Shown one piece after another: positions 9,884 through 19,279 of a stretch of 64,000 nucleotides of DNA (within the stretch, counting starts at the first letter, position 1; the number at the start of each line of letters is the position of its first letter). Source of the stretch: a virus. The notes beneath the pieces are model-generated. The model made no database searches and was not told where the DNA came from. It saw nothing but the letters and a program-made list of their open reading frames with translations. The DNA lies in the IMG/VR virus record IMGVR_UViG_3300031576_000019, positions 26,774 through 90,773 of that record. One strand, written 5' to 3'. The translations under genes were made by a program, and so were the position numbers.

Positions 9884-10195
9884 ATGGGCATGCACTTCAC
9901 CACCATCACCGGCGTAACCGTCAACGAATTTTATGCAAATCAGCGAGCCGAGCTTGCGCGAGTATCTTGCCTCGCTATTCGCCGTCTCACCGGCAAGAAT
10001 CCCGCTCTGCTGGTGCGCATCACCAATTTCCGGGATTATTCGGCTTGGCTTCCTCTTCCCGTTGAGCCGCGCTCCACACTCGACTTCCGAGTGGTCAGCA
10101 AATTGGCCGAACTTCGTGATTGCCAGAGCCTGGATGAAGACCCAGACTTCAATCGCACCGAGGGTTGGTATAGCGAACTGACCACCGAGGACTAA
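9884..10195 (+). CDS. Hypothetical protein
   Basis: AAAGGA RBS; coupled to the next ORF. Confidence 0.45.
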   Translation: MGMHFTTITGVTVNEFYANQRAELARVSCLAIRRLTGKNPALLVRITNFRDYSAWLPLPVEPRSTLDFRVVSKLAELRDCQSLDEDPDFNRTEGWYSELTTED

Positions 10196-10401
10196 TGCCC
10201 CCTCACAAGACACCTCAGACGGATATTCGGAAACAGAAGGGGCAGGCTACCTATACCGAACGTCTTGACAATGTTGGCTTGACCATTTGCCCTGTCTGTG
10301 AGGGTGATTCTTTTGAGTTTGTCAACAATGGGGCCAAGTGCCTGACCTGCGGCGTCGTTTTTAGTGAGGACAGAGAGCAATTCCTATGGCAAAGCCAGTA
10401 A
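10195..10401 (+). CDS. Zn-ribbon protein
   Basis: CPVC...CLTC. Confidence 0.5.
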   Translation: MPPHKTPQTDIRKQKGQATYTERLDNVGLTICPVCEGDSFEFVNNGAKCLTCGVVFSEDREQFLWQSQ

Positions 10402-12215
10402 AGCGCCCCTATACGGTAGTGGATTTATTCTGTGGACACGGTGGTTTTACCCACGCGGCCGTACGGGCCATCAAGAAGCTGGGTGGTGTCATTGAACACT
10501 TCATCGCCGTCAATCATTGGGACGACGCCATTGCCACACATGAGGAGAATCACAAGTTCGCCACTCACTATCTCAGCAAGGTGCAGGAAGTCAAACCACG
10601 AGAGGCGGTCCCCTCGGGGCGGGTAGACATTCTATTGGCGGGGCCAGAGTGTACCTTCCACAGTAACGCTGCAGGTGAGCGCCCGATCAACGACCAAAGC
10701 CGTATCATGGCTTGGGCGATCCTGGATTGGCTAGAGAAGCTCTATATCAATTGCTTCATCATTGAAAACGTGCCAGAGTTTATGAAGTGGGGACCGCTGA
10801 ATGCTGACCAGAGCCGCAACAAAAAGATGCAGGGGGCAACCTTCCTGTCCTACATCACGGCGCTAGAAGCTTTGGGCTACAACGTCACCTACAAAGTCGC
10901 CAACTCGGCTGATTATGGGGGTGTCACCACCCGCCAGCGCCTATTCATCATGGGCCGCAAGAAGCATCTGCCTTTCCCGCTTTTCCCCGAACCAACTCAT
11001 ATCTCGCGCAAGAAACTAACCAAAAACAAATCGCAGTTCTCCATGGTTAGCATCAATCGGAAGCCCTGGCGGGCCGCGCGGGAAATCATTGACTGGGATG
11101 TGCCATCTTACTCTATCTTCATGTCCTCTGAAGATGCCCGAAAAGTTGGTGTGCGTCGGCCGCTGGCTCCGAATACCGTGCGTCGGGCCCTAACGGGTCT
11201 GTTTAAGTTTGGCCTGCCCGGAATCCAGATTGACGATATATCGGGCACGGTACAAAACCTCATGCCGTTCTTGGTGGGCGTAGGTGGGCCAACTGCTCAG
11301 CGCATCCCAAGCGATATTGACCTGCCCGTTCATACCTTACACGGCACTAACAATCTTGGCGGTTCTGAACCCTATCTGATAAAAATGTGCGGGTCGAACA
11401 ATGCGGCCGACGCTAATCTCCCCTCTCCAACTATTACAGCCGATGGTAACCACATTGGCCTGGCCCAGCCCTTTCTCTTGGGCCAGCAAAGCGCCGCACG
11501 GCCTCGGCCCACTAGCCAGCCCATCCCGACGATTGCAACGGCTGGCGCCATCAGCCTGAGCCAGTCTGTGGTCATGTTTGACCGAGGCGGAGATGATAAA
11601 TACTTTCGGGGAGCGCCCGATGATAGGCCATTAGGAACGCTGACCACTCAGATGGTTCCCAGCCTCATCACGCCCGAGGCCTGGATAGCGCAGGTGACTC
11701 ATGCATGCGGCGACCGCATCTTCCCACTCAATATCCCGCTTCTGACTTTTGCGGGTCATGGCGACATAGGGTTGTGTAATCCGTATGTCATGGCGACCGA
11801 CCAAACACATAGCCGAAGTGTGTCGGTTTACTCGTTAGATGGACCTGTCCTGACCATCACAACCAAGAACCGTTTGGTGCTGGCGACACCCTTTATTGCC
11901 CAGTTCAATGGCACGTCCATTGGTGGGTCAATTGACCGGCCCGTTGGTTCGTTCACTACCCGTGACCGGTTTGGCCTGTGCTTCCCGGTTTTCAGCGGAG
12001 GCTATCTGCTGGTAGACATTCTTTTTCGTATGTTCCAACCACATGAAATGGCCATGGCAATGGGCCTGCCACGAAGCTACAAGTTTATGAGTGTTGGCAT
12101 GGTCAAGGGCAAGCGGGTCGTGAAGAAAGCCAGCAAAAAGGATGCGACCAAAATGATTGGCAATGCGGTAGAAGGCCACGTTGGGTATCACCTGGTCCAT
12201 AGCCTGCTCTCCTAA
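10386..12215 (+). CDS. C5-cytosine DNA methyltransferase with an expanded, repetitive variable region
   Basis: DLFCGHGG (I), GPECTFHS (IV), IENV (VI), RQRLF (VIII), IGNAV (X). Confidence 0.9.
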   Translation: MAKPVKRPYTVVDLFCGHGGFTHAAVRAIKKLGGVIEHFIAVNHWDDAIATHEENHKFATHYLSKVQEVKPREAVPSGRVDILLAGPECTFHSNAAGERPINDQSRIMAWAILDWLEKLYINCFIIENVPEFMKWGPLNADQSRNKKMQGATFLSYITALEALGYNVTYKVANSADYGGVTTRQRLFIMGRKKHLPFPLFPEPTHISRKKLTKNKSQFSMVSINRKPWRAAREIIDWDVPSYSIFMSSEDARKVGVRRPLAPNTVRRALTGLFKFGLPGIQIDDISGTVQNLMPFLVGVGGPTAQRIPSDIDLPVHTLHGTNNLGGSEPYLIKMCGSNNAADANLPSPTITADGNHIGLAQPFLLGQQSAARPRPTSQPIPTIATAGAISLSQSVVMFDRGGDDKYFRGAPDDRPLGTLTTQMVPSLITPEAWIAQVTHACGDRIFPLNIPLLTFAGHGDIGLCNPYVMATDQTHSRSVSVYSLDGPVLTITTKNRLVLATPFIAQFNGTSIGGSIDRPVGSFTTRDRFGLCFPVFSGGYLLVDILFRMFQPHEMAMAMGLPRSYKFMSVGMVKGKRVVKKASKKDATKMIGNAVEGHVGYHLVHSLLS

Positions 12216-12224
12216 AGAAACATC

Positions 12225-12619
12225 ATGGCACAAGCTGGACTATTCGACACCTAATTCCAACAGCAGGATGCGATTGACCAAGACAAGGCTGACCGCTCCA
12301 TTCGGGAGGCGCACAAGAAGTCTTGGAAGTCGTCTTGGGAATGGAACGGACCAAGTGCGGACGACTGGATTCAGTTTGACTGTGTTCGGGCCATCTCGAT
12401 GGACGATGGCGAAAGCCACTTTGTCTATATGGCTCTGGCTTTCGTTATTGAGTATGACCCCGAGAGCGAAATATCCATTGTGGAATACTGGGGCGCGCCC
12501 CTCATCCTCTTAATGGACACAGGTTTATGCTTCTCCCAGAAGACATTTGGCCCCACGTCAAACTGATGCGTGGGGAAATCACGATTGAACAACTTGAAAA
12601 GATGAAGGTGAAACCATGA
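12225..12619 (+). pseudogene. Disrupted hypothetical gene
   Basis: ATG at 12225, in-frame TAA at 12252-12254, then ~100 open codons. An apparent frameshift in the C-run near 12498-12501 leads to a frame ending in an ATGA overlap with 12616. Confidence 0.5.
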
Positions 12620-12921
12620 GCGATACCATGAACTGGCCCCTAAAAGAAGGTTGGGTTTGTGAAGTCTGCGGGGAATTCCATGGGCTGACCTGCATGTCTA
12701 CCCACGCTTACTGTTATTGTAATCACTGTCATGTTCAATACTGGATGCGTGACTATGAAAATCTCCAATCTGTCGTGGACACACCTCTCCTGGACGTGGA
12801 GACGGGCTGGATCAATGCAGTTAAGGAGGGCTGGAAAGCGTGGCATCGCGCCATAGACGATTGGACCGAGGCCGATTGGGACAAGGCAAAAAGGTTGGCG
12901 AGTGTTGAGGAGCATCTATGA
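12616..12921 (+). CDS. Zn-finger hypothetical protein
   Basis: CEVC...CNHC. Confidence 0.55.
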   Translation: MSDTMNWPLKEGWVCEVCGEFHGLTCMSTHAYCYCNHCHVQYWMRDYENLQSVVDTPLLDVETGWINAVKEGWKAWHRAIDDWTEADWDKAKRLASVEEHL

Positions 12922-13253
12922 ACACTACCGCTTATCTTATCAACCGTGATGTGGCCATTGAACTCTACGATATTGGTCATCCCGCCATCCCTGGTGAGCG
13001 CGAATACCCACTTGAATTCTACCGGGTTATCTTTGAATTCGTCTCGGTTGACAACTGGGAAGATGTTGCTGGTTGCCTGAATGACTGGCGTGACCGCACT
13101 ACGGATGCTATTGCTGAACACACCCATCTGCAAGACTGGGAATATCACGACTTCTCTGGTGCAAACTTAGTCTTCTTCGGCCCTGACCAAAAGCACACCA
13201 TGATCGGTGGCTTTTCCATCGATGTCGAAATTCAAGGAACGAGCCCACTATGA
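12918..13253 (+). CDS. Hypothetical acidic protein
   Basis: GAGGAG RBS; ATGA coupling. Confidence 0.55.
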   Translation: MNTTAYLINRDVAIELYDIGHPAIPGEREYPLEFYRVIFEFVSVDNWEDVAGCLNDWRDRTTDAIAEHTHLQDWEYHDFSGANLVFFGPDQKHTMIGGFSIDVEIQGTSPL

Positions 13254-13639
13254 ACAACATCGAACTCAATCAACCGACCCAAAAGTTTATAAATTGGACA
13301 GACGAAATGCCCTTTTTTGTTATCTCCGACATCCTAAACGCGCGCCGCCGAGATGACCATCCATGGATGCGCTGTGGTCTGTGTGGCCACACTTTTGAAG
13401 CAGGTGATTGGGCACGGTAGCGTTTTGGAAATCCCAATATTTTTGTGTGTGCGGCCTGTGACTGTCCCAAAGATGAGATGCTGGCGAAGCAGGAGATACT
13501 CCGTGACCTTGTGCACCGTCTCTTTTGGGATTATTTGGCCAATAATGATAGTGGGTATCCGTCTCTTGATTTGAATTATCACTGGAACAAAGGCCAGATC
13601 GTCCGACCCTATTATCGCAATCCGAGAATAGGAAAATGA
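13250..13639 (+). pseudogene. Zn-finger gene interrupted by an in-frame TAG
   Basis: ATGA-coupled at both ends. Reads RCGLCGH...DWAR*RFGNPNIFVCAAC, with the TAG at 13418-13420 between the two CxxC pairs. Confidence 0.65.
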
Positions 13640-14406
13640 GCAACCGCTTCTATCTCCATCCCAACGGACACTATGTCCCATCCGTCACGACCATCACCTC
13701 CATCTTGGCCAAGCCAAGCCTGGAACGTTGGAAACAAGAACAAGTCATCGAGGCCGCTTTTGCCCTTGGTCCCGTCAGCGCCGACATGATTCTGGATACC
13801 GCCGCCCAGAAGAGTCGGGAAGCCACCGAATTTGGGACCCAGATACATGAGGCCTTGGCCCTCCTGCATCAGAATCTGCCTTGGTGGAATCACCCTGTTT
13901 GTGACGACCCGCGTGCTATTCCGATGCTGTTAACCTATAGAGATACTTTTCTCGTTCCATCCACCGTAGTGGATGGGCACAGACAAGTCGAACAACCTGT
14001 CTTCGGTATGACACCCAATGGTTTGGGCTACGCTGGCACGCCCGACCTGGTGTGTTACCTTCTTCCCGGCGCCATTATCAAGCGCACCCCTAAGGGCAGG
14101 AACATCCAAACCCATTGTCCTCCGCTCCTGGCCTATGCCATCATTGATGTCAAAACCTCCGATGCCATCTGGCCCGACTATGGCCTCCAACTTGGAGGCT
14201 ATGGAAGCATGTGCTCTATGCCTCCCACTTATCTTCTGTCTGTGCGGATGGACAAAAGCAGCTCTACTGATCTGGAGATAATATCTTGGCCAGTGAACGA
14301 AGCGATCCAGGCCTTTCTCAACTTGGTGCAACTCTGGTATTGGCTCAATCCTAAGGCCTGCGAGAGACAGACCAGGAGAATAGCAGACAGTACCATCAGA
14401 GCATGA
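13636..14406 (+). CDS. PD-(D/E)XK exonuclease (phage recombination exonuclease-like)
   Basis: PSVTTI, GTQIH, YAGTPD, IDVKTS and QLGGY motifs. Confidence 0.8.
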   Translation: MSNRFYLHPNGHYVPSVTTITSILAKPSLERWKQEQVIEAAFALGPVSADMILDTAAQKSREATEFGTQIHEALALLHQNLPWWNHPVCDDPRAIPMLLTYRDTFLVPSTVVDGHRQVEQPVFGMTPNGLGYAGTPDLVCYLLPGAIIKRTPKGRNIQTHCPPLLAYAIIDVKTSDAIWPDYGLQLGGYGSMCSMPPTYLLSVRMDKSSSTDLEIISWPVNEAIQAFLNLVQLWYWLNPKACERQTRRIADSTIRA

Positions 14407-14425
14407 GATTAGAACGCTTGTTTCA

Positions 14426-14453
14426 TAGACAATTATTCACATTCCCCTATAAT
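14426..14453 (+). promoter_or_regulatory. Promoter of the LexA-like gene, overlapping a half-degenerate GTGAA-N6-TTCAC site
   Basis: TAGACA-16-TATAAT; ACAATTATTCAC ends at 14440. Confidence 0.6.
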
Positions 14454-14494
14454 GATTGGAAACCCGTAAGAAAGAATCATCATAGGAGATATAA

Positions 14495-14782
14495 ATGCTT
14501 GACACACTGGAAGATGTCAAACCTCGCAACCGCCGCGCCCTGATGATTATTGTAGACTACTGGGAAAAGAACCGGATGGGCATGACTAACCCAGAGCTCA
14601 AAGACGCACTCAATACCGTCTACGCAGAAGGCTTGGTCAGCACCCAACAAACCCATCGGATTGTGGTAGACTTGCGAAATAATCAGCTTCTGGGCGACAA
14701 CCCCAGTGTTCATCGAAGCATCATCCCCACCGAACAAGCTGTCCGCCTGACCAAACGCTGGAAACGCAAAGCCTCCGTGTGA
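14495..14782 (+). CDS. Stand-alone LexA-type winged-helix DNA-binding protein (no peptidase domain)
   Basis: PRNRRALMIIVDY...GMTNPELKDAL...STQQTHRIVVDL...NPSVHRSI follows the LexA N-terminal domain pattern; AGGAG RBS. Confidence 0.6.
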   Translation: MLDTLEDVKPRNRRALMIIVDYWEKNRMGMTNPELKDALNTVYAEGLVSTQQTHRIVVDLRNNQLLGDNPSVHRSIIPTEQAVRLTKRWKRKASV

Positions 14783-14795
14783 GGGGGCTTTTTTT
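14768..14795 (+). terminator. Intrinsic terminator
   Basis: aaagcctcc-gtgtga-gggggcttt followed by a T-run. Confidence 0.7.
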
Positions 14796-14824
14796 ATCCT
14801 CTCCTATGTGAAAGATTATTCACG

Positions 14825-15469
14825 ATGGCAACCGAGCGTGACCTCCAACACCAAATCAAACGCACCTTCGAGGCCCTGGGCGGGCGGGCCCGGAAACGGA
14901 ATGACCTGGGCCATATGTTGCGCGCCCTGGGAAAAGCCAAGGCCGGCGCGGCACCCTCCGGCGAGCCCGACTACACGGCCACTCTGGACGGTCTGGCCTT
15001 TTATATCGAGGCCAAGGACTCCGACAGCGGAAGCGCCGGCCTCCGCTACTCGTTCAAGGAGCTCACGCCCGAACAGCGTGTCTTCCTACACCACTACGAA
15101 ACATATTCATATCTCTGGCTGTGGATGGGCCAGCGCATCAATAGCGCCGAATATCCTCTTAGGGCTTGGCTAATTCCTTGGCCAAAATACTATGCGGTTG
15201 AGGTAGAGTTCCGGGAGGCCGGTCTGTTAAGCATGGCCTATCTACACCCCAAAGAACTCAAACATCGGGAGCAAGGATTATCGGCGGTAAATAAACTTGG
15301 TTCCTATGAGCTTATCTGGTTCGGTGACGGCATCTGGCGCATTCCACCTCTACATGAACTTTGGCGCCGTTCCGCCGCGCTCCACTATCGTGAGCCCGAA
15401 CGGGGCCTGGAAAGCGAAGTTCATATTCGCCGTGTTCCCTCCAAGTTGGAGGAAGTCCATGTCGGATGA
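14825..15469 (+). CDS. Holliday junction resolvase-like (RecU/Hjc-type PD-(D/E)XK)
   Basis: E near the N-terminus, GEPDY, FYIEAK and LTPEQ motifs. Confidence 0.65.
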   Translation: MATERDLQHQIKRTFEALGGRARKRNDLGHMLRALGKAKAGAAPSGEPDYTATLDGLAFYIEAKDSDSGSAGLRYSFKELTPEQRVFLHHYETYSYLWLWMGQRINSAEYPLRAWLIPWPKYYAVEVEFREAGLLSMAYLHPKELKHREQGLSAVNKLGSYELIWFGDGIWRIPPLHELWRRSAALHYREPERGLESEVHIRRVPSKLEEVHVG

Positions 15470-16193
15470 AGCCGTCGGTCTCTATGAACAAATCCGTCAG
15501 GCCGCCAAGGCCGAGGTCTACGCCCGCTACCCCAGCGCCACCGAAACCGAGTGCGACGAGAGTATCCATCGCCAGGCCGAAGTGCTATTCGAGACTTTCA
15601 AGCGCACTGCCAGCCTCCGCACACTCGCCGACCGCTCCCTGCGCTGGCAGGCCGTTCACATCGCCGCCTCCGGTCTATGGGCCTACACCCCAGGCGAATA
15701 TGCTTCCCCCGAGGAGTTCATCTCCGAGGCCCTCGCCGCTGTCTGGGGCGATGAGCCCCAAGAGAGTTCTACCTATCACGACCTGATGAGCACAGTTAAG
15801 ATTGTTCAATACGCTAAAGCCGAAGGCATTGAGGGCGTAGACGCCCTGTGGACCGACAACCGAGTAGGCAACACCCGCGTCGCCATCCCATATCTCAATG
15901 CCTTGATGCAACAGTCCGAAGCCCACGCTCAGTTCCAACAGACTGTTCGAGATGTCCTCGCGCTCAATCACGCCGACTTTCGAGAAAAGTACCCCACCTC
16001 GCCTCGCTCCGGTCTGCCCGTCATGCCCGGTTGGAAATATGTTTTGCCCGACGGCCGCTGGTACCTTGTCGTAGAGGGCCAGTCCGAAGTACAGTATCAG
16101 TTTGCGCTCCGGGCCCTGGGCAACAAGCTCTCTGAGCATCATGGTACAGGTCAGGAAGAGTTTCTTTTCGCGCTTCAACGGAGGAAGATATGA
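15459..16193 (+). CDS. Hypothetical protein
   Basis: Start MSDEAV; its SD is supplied by the palindrome at 15438-15452. Confidence 0.6.
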   Translation: MSDEAVGLYEQIRQAAKAEVYARYPSATETECDESIHRQAEVLFETFKRTASLRTLADRSLRWQAVHIAASGLWAYTPGEYASPEEFISEALAAVWGDEPQESSTYHDLMSTVKIVQYAKAEGIEGVDALWTDNRVGNTRVAIPYLNALMQQSEAHAQFQQTVRDVLALNHADFREKYPTSPRSGLPVMPGWKYVLPDGRWYLVVEGQSEVQYQFALRALGNKLSEHHGTGQEEFLFALQRRKI

Positions 16194-16417
16194 ATCAGAC
16201 CCACGCCTTTGCACTTGCAGATGACGCTCAGAACCTTGTCATTCAATCACTTCGGCTGGGAGTCATTGCCAGTTTGCCCCAGGCCATAGATATATTTCGG
16301 GAGGCCATACAGTCTTACCCCCCTGACTGTCCACCGCCTGACCATGACTGGCCTGCAATTTGGGAGGGCCAAGCGTTACTCGTTGACCTGATTTATCAAG
16401 GCTTCACAAGCGCATAA
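16190..16417 (+). CDS. Hypothetical protein
   Basis: GGAGG RBS; ATGA coupling. Confidence 0.5.
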   Translation: MNQTHAFALADDAQNLVIQSLRLGVIASLPQAIDIFREAIQSYPPDCPPPDHDWPAIWEGQALLVDLIYQGFTSA

Positions 16418-16469
16418 ACTGCGCGAGCTCTGTCTCCTCCAGGTTGGAGGAAAGACCGAGCCGCCCGGT

Positions 16470-16500
16470 GTGAATAATCTTTCACAACCTGTGGTATAAT
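16470..16500 (+). promoter_or_regulatory. Promoter of the replication operon with a GTGAA-N6-TTCAC site
   Basis: GTGAATAATCTTTCAC (16470-16485), then TGgTATAAT (16492-16500). Confidence 0.7.
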
Positions 16501-16516
16501 CCTTTTACAAACGCCG

Positions 16517-16656
16517 TTTGGCAGCGGCCATGAGTGACACAGGACCCCCAAAGACCTCTCGCATGGTCTGTTGGTTTGTTAGGCCACCCCACTTGTCCTG
16601 TGTGGGGCTGCCAAATAGGCCGACAGCTAATAGACCAGCCGAGAGGTCTTTGGTTT
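16517..16656 (+). ncRNA. Structured leader / P4-CI or P1-C4-like antisense RNA candidate
   Basis: 14-bp stem 16548-16561/16640-16653; internal segments complementary to upstream 16517-16525 and 16537-16545. Confidence 0.55.
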
Positions 16657-16669
16657 AGAAGGAGAGAAT

Positions 16670-17293
16670 ATGTTTTCTTTTAGAGTAGAAGCCAGAGGGG
16701 TTCCGTTCTCAATTTGGTACCCCGAGGGGATTATGGTTGACCCAGACCAGATTGATCCAAGTAATTCTAAGCATATACAGGCTCTCGCCGAGATAATTGT
16801 CTACTACAAGAAAAACAAGGCGGGTTTCAACCTAGAATCTATGATGGGGTGTGGGGACGAGTTCTACTATTTTGGTAGCCCAGAACAAATGAAGGATGTG
16901 ACAGAACTTTATGAAACCGTTGTGCGCGAAGGATGCGATATAAGCACAGATGCTCTAGCGCAGGCAAAGAAGATAAGGGATGTTTACTATGGCTTCACTC
17001 CCAAACCCGTAAGGCCCCCCAAGGCTAGGCCAGAAAAGTCGAGACACGGTTTTGTGTACTTGCTTAGGTCGGACACTGGATATTGGAAGATTGGCCGAAC
17101 GGTCAACCCCGCCAGTCGCGAAAAAACATTTGGTGTGAAACTCCCCTTCGTTGTTCGGTTTGAGCATCTAATTGAAACCAATGACATGATCGCTCTTGAG
17201 CTTCGCTTACACAACCACTTCTCCAAAAAGCGTGTAGATGGCGAGTGGTTTGATCTATCCTCCGAAGACACAGCCTACATCAAGAGCCTATAA
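16670..17293 (+). CDS. GIY-YIG (T5orf172/MUG113-type) domain protein
   Basis: GFVYLL...WKIGRT, LELRLH and GEWF motifs. Confidence 0.85.
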   Translation: MFSFRVEARGVPFSIWYPEGIMVDPDQIDPSNSKHIQALAEIIVYYKKNKAGFNLESMMGCGDEFYYFGSPEQMKDVTELYETVVREGCDISTDALAQAKKIRDVYYGFTPKPVRPPKARPEKSRHGFVYLLRSDTGYWKIGRTVNPASREKTFGVKLPFVVRFEHLIETNDMIALELRLHNHFSKKRVDGEWFDLSSEDTAYIKSL

Positions 17294-17297
17294 GCCC

Positions 17298-18299
17298 ATG
17301 AGCATTTCACTCCTCGCAAAAGTTTTCTACATTGATCCAAAGACCTGCGATCAACCAGAGAAGTGTGTTCTCTCGGCCCTGGCTGACCATGCCAACGATG
17401 AGGGTTACTCTGTCTGGCCTAGCAATGCGCGGCTGGCCTGGAAATCCTCAATGAGCGTGCGTGGTATTCAAAAGGTGATTGACCGACTGATCGAGAAGAA
17501 GTTTGTAGAGATTGTCAGAGAGGCAAATAATGGGCGAACAACTAACGAATATCGTCTTGTGGTTGAAGAAATTGAGGCGGTTTCGGCCAATCATAAGGAT
17601 AGGTTTTTTGATGGGCCAGATGGTCTTACCCACGAACCCCGTTCAGGGGCACCCCTGAACCCCGTTCATCCCACCCCTGAACCCCGTTCACCCGAACCAT
17701 CATATAAGCCATCAAAAGAAACACCAGAAACGGAGAATGACAAAACCGGTCATTCTCCGGCTTCACATAATCTTTCACATCTGAGGCCACAGATAATGGA
17801 GGTTCCAAGCCATCTCAAGGTAAAAGAAAAGATGACCTATACAGGTCGATGCGATCAGTGTGAACAAATAATCACACAGTCTGATTTGGCCTGCCCGGGG
17901 CAAGGCTGTGGGCGTCCAGTTCAATGGATTGGGGGTCGGACGAAGAAAGAGACGGGTAGGGTCACAAAACCCGCCTACGGCCCGCTCAGCGCGTTTACGC
18001 TCAAAGTGCTCAAGTTTGCCCAGGGGACCGTAGACTACAAGTTTGACTGGCCGTCTCCGATGAAGGGCCAAACTTCCTCCAACTTGGAGGGACGCTTCCT
18101 ATCCTTTGAACAAAGCCTGGGTGAGGCGAAAGTTATGTCAATTATCGAAAAGTGTGGGCAGGTCGGAGATAAGGGACTGGGACTCCTCAAGCACGCTATC
18201 AACTGCCTGGCGACCAATTCCGACCCGACCGCCAGGGGCCAACGGCCAGTTGCTTCGCAGAGTCTTGAAACGAAAGGAGAAATAGATTGGGACGCTTAG
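17298..18299 (+). CDS. Phage replication initiator (N-terminal winged HTH, internal Zn ribbon)
   Basis: VLSALADHAN..G..WPSNARLA...TNEY; iterons inside the gene; directly upstream of the helicase. Confidence 0.75.
   Translation: MSISLLAKVFYIDPKTCDQPEKCVLSALADHANDEGYSVWPSNARLAWKSSMSVRGIQKVIDRLIEKKFVEIVREANNGRTTNEYRLVVEEIEAVSANHKDRFFDGPDGLTHEPRSGAPLNPVHPTPEPRSPEPSYKPSKETPETENDKTGHSPASHNLSHLRPQIMEVPSHLKVKEKMTYTGRCDQCEQIITQSDLACPGQGCGRPVQWIGGRTKKETGRVTKPAYGPLSAFTLKVLKFAQGTVDYKFDWPSPMKGQTSSNLEGRFLSFEQSLGEAKVMSIIEKCGQVGDKGLGLLKHAINCLATNSDPTARGQRPVASQSLETKGEIDWDA
17634..17690. repeat. Iteron-like direct repeats (candidate replication origin)
   Basis: GAACCCCGTTCA at 17634, 17657 and 17679 (23- and 22-bp spacing) inside the initiator gene, as in lambda O. 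Confidence 0.7.
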
Positions 18300-19276
18300 T
18301 GCAATCCGCCGATTTGACGTATCTCACTCCTGACACCCTTACGGCCGGGCTGGATTACATTGATTATATCCAGAAGAACCAAGGCCGCGCCATCGAGTTA
18401 CCTATTGCCTCTCCGCTCGTTCAGGATTACTGCCCACCCGTCATTCCTGGCCATATCATGCTGGTTGTGGCCCAAAGTCATAATGGCAAGACGGAGTTTC
18501 TGGAAGCTCTGGCAAAGCATAATGCCCTGCGCGCCGCCAAGCATAACCCCAAGGCCGTAGTAGCCTTTGTACATCTTGAGGAAAACATTCAGGATGCCAG
18601 CCTCAAGCAAATCTCACGGCTGTCTGGCGTGCCCATGGGAAAGTTGGCCCGCGGCGAAGTCAATCTTGCCGACCTGCGCCTCAATCCAGAACTCAACAAA
18701 ATCAACGATGCTCCTATCGCTCGGATTGCCGTCAGCATGAGAACGGGCGACAGCCAGTACACCGCCAAGCGATTATATCGCCCTGAAATCCATCGCCAGT
18801 TGAAGGCACTCGAAAGCGAGGGTTGGGAGATCGTCCTGCTTATTGTGGACTATCTCACCGCTCTGCCGACCGACGCCAAGGATGACGAGGAGCGGCGCCT
18901 GAAGGTGCGTGAGGATTTATACGAGTTCCGAGACTGGGGGAATGCCATGCGCTTTCCAGTAGCCTCTGGTAGCCAAGCCAAGCAGAAGCTAGAAGGCGCT
19001 CCTGCACCAGGCATTATGCTTCCCGGTCTTTATGACATTACTGAGAGTAAAGATGTGGCCGAACGATCCGATAGAGTCTATACCTTCTGGATGCCCAAGA
19101 CCACAAACTTGCTTGGCAAGACTTTTGACTTTGGTAAACACACTTTGCGTGTGACCAACGACCTCATTCTCATGCGCGTGTGCAAGCAAAAGGGTGGCTT
19201 GCAATCTGGACGTATCTTTATTTGTCGGTGGAATTATGCTACTGGCACCATTGAGCTTCATCCCGAATACAACTAG
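18287..19276 (+). CDS. DnaB-like (SF4) replicative helicase
   Basis: AQSHNGKT Walker A, HLEE, LLIVDYL, SQ and AERSDRV motifs. Confidence 0.8.
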   Translation: MGRLVQSADLTYLTPDTLTAGLDYIDYIQKNQGRAIELPIASPLVQDYCPPVIPGHIMLVVAQSHNGKTEFLEALAKHNALRAAKHNPKAVVAFVHLEENIQDASLKQISRLSGVPMGKLARGEVNLADLRLNPELNKINDAPIARIAVSMRTGDSQYTAKRLYRPEIHRQLKALESEGWEIVLLIVDYLTALPTDAKDDEERRLKVREDLYEFRDWGNAMRFPVASGSQAKQKLEGAPAPGIMLPGLYDITESKDVAERSDRVYTFWMPKTTNLLGKTFDFGKHTLRVTNDLILMRVCKQKGGLQSGRIFICRWNYATGTIELHPEYN

Positions 19277-19279
19277 CCT

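Noticed and set aside
12225-13639. Stop-codon reassignment explaining the in-frame stops
   Set aside because: All three stop types are involved, and TAG, TGA and TAA all end well-coupled genes elsewhere. Long genes are uninterrupted in code 11.
16517-16656. tRNA or riboswitch
   Set aside because: No cloverleaf, T-loop or known aptamer consensus. No tRNA or rRNA was recognised anywhere in the window.
10386-17293. C5 MTase plus nucleases as a restriction-modification system
   Set aside because: The nucleases match recombination, resolvase and T5orf172 types and are not adjacent to the MTase.
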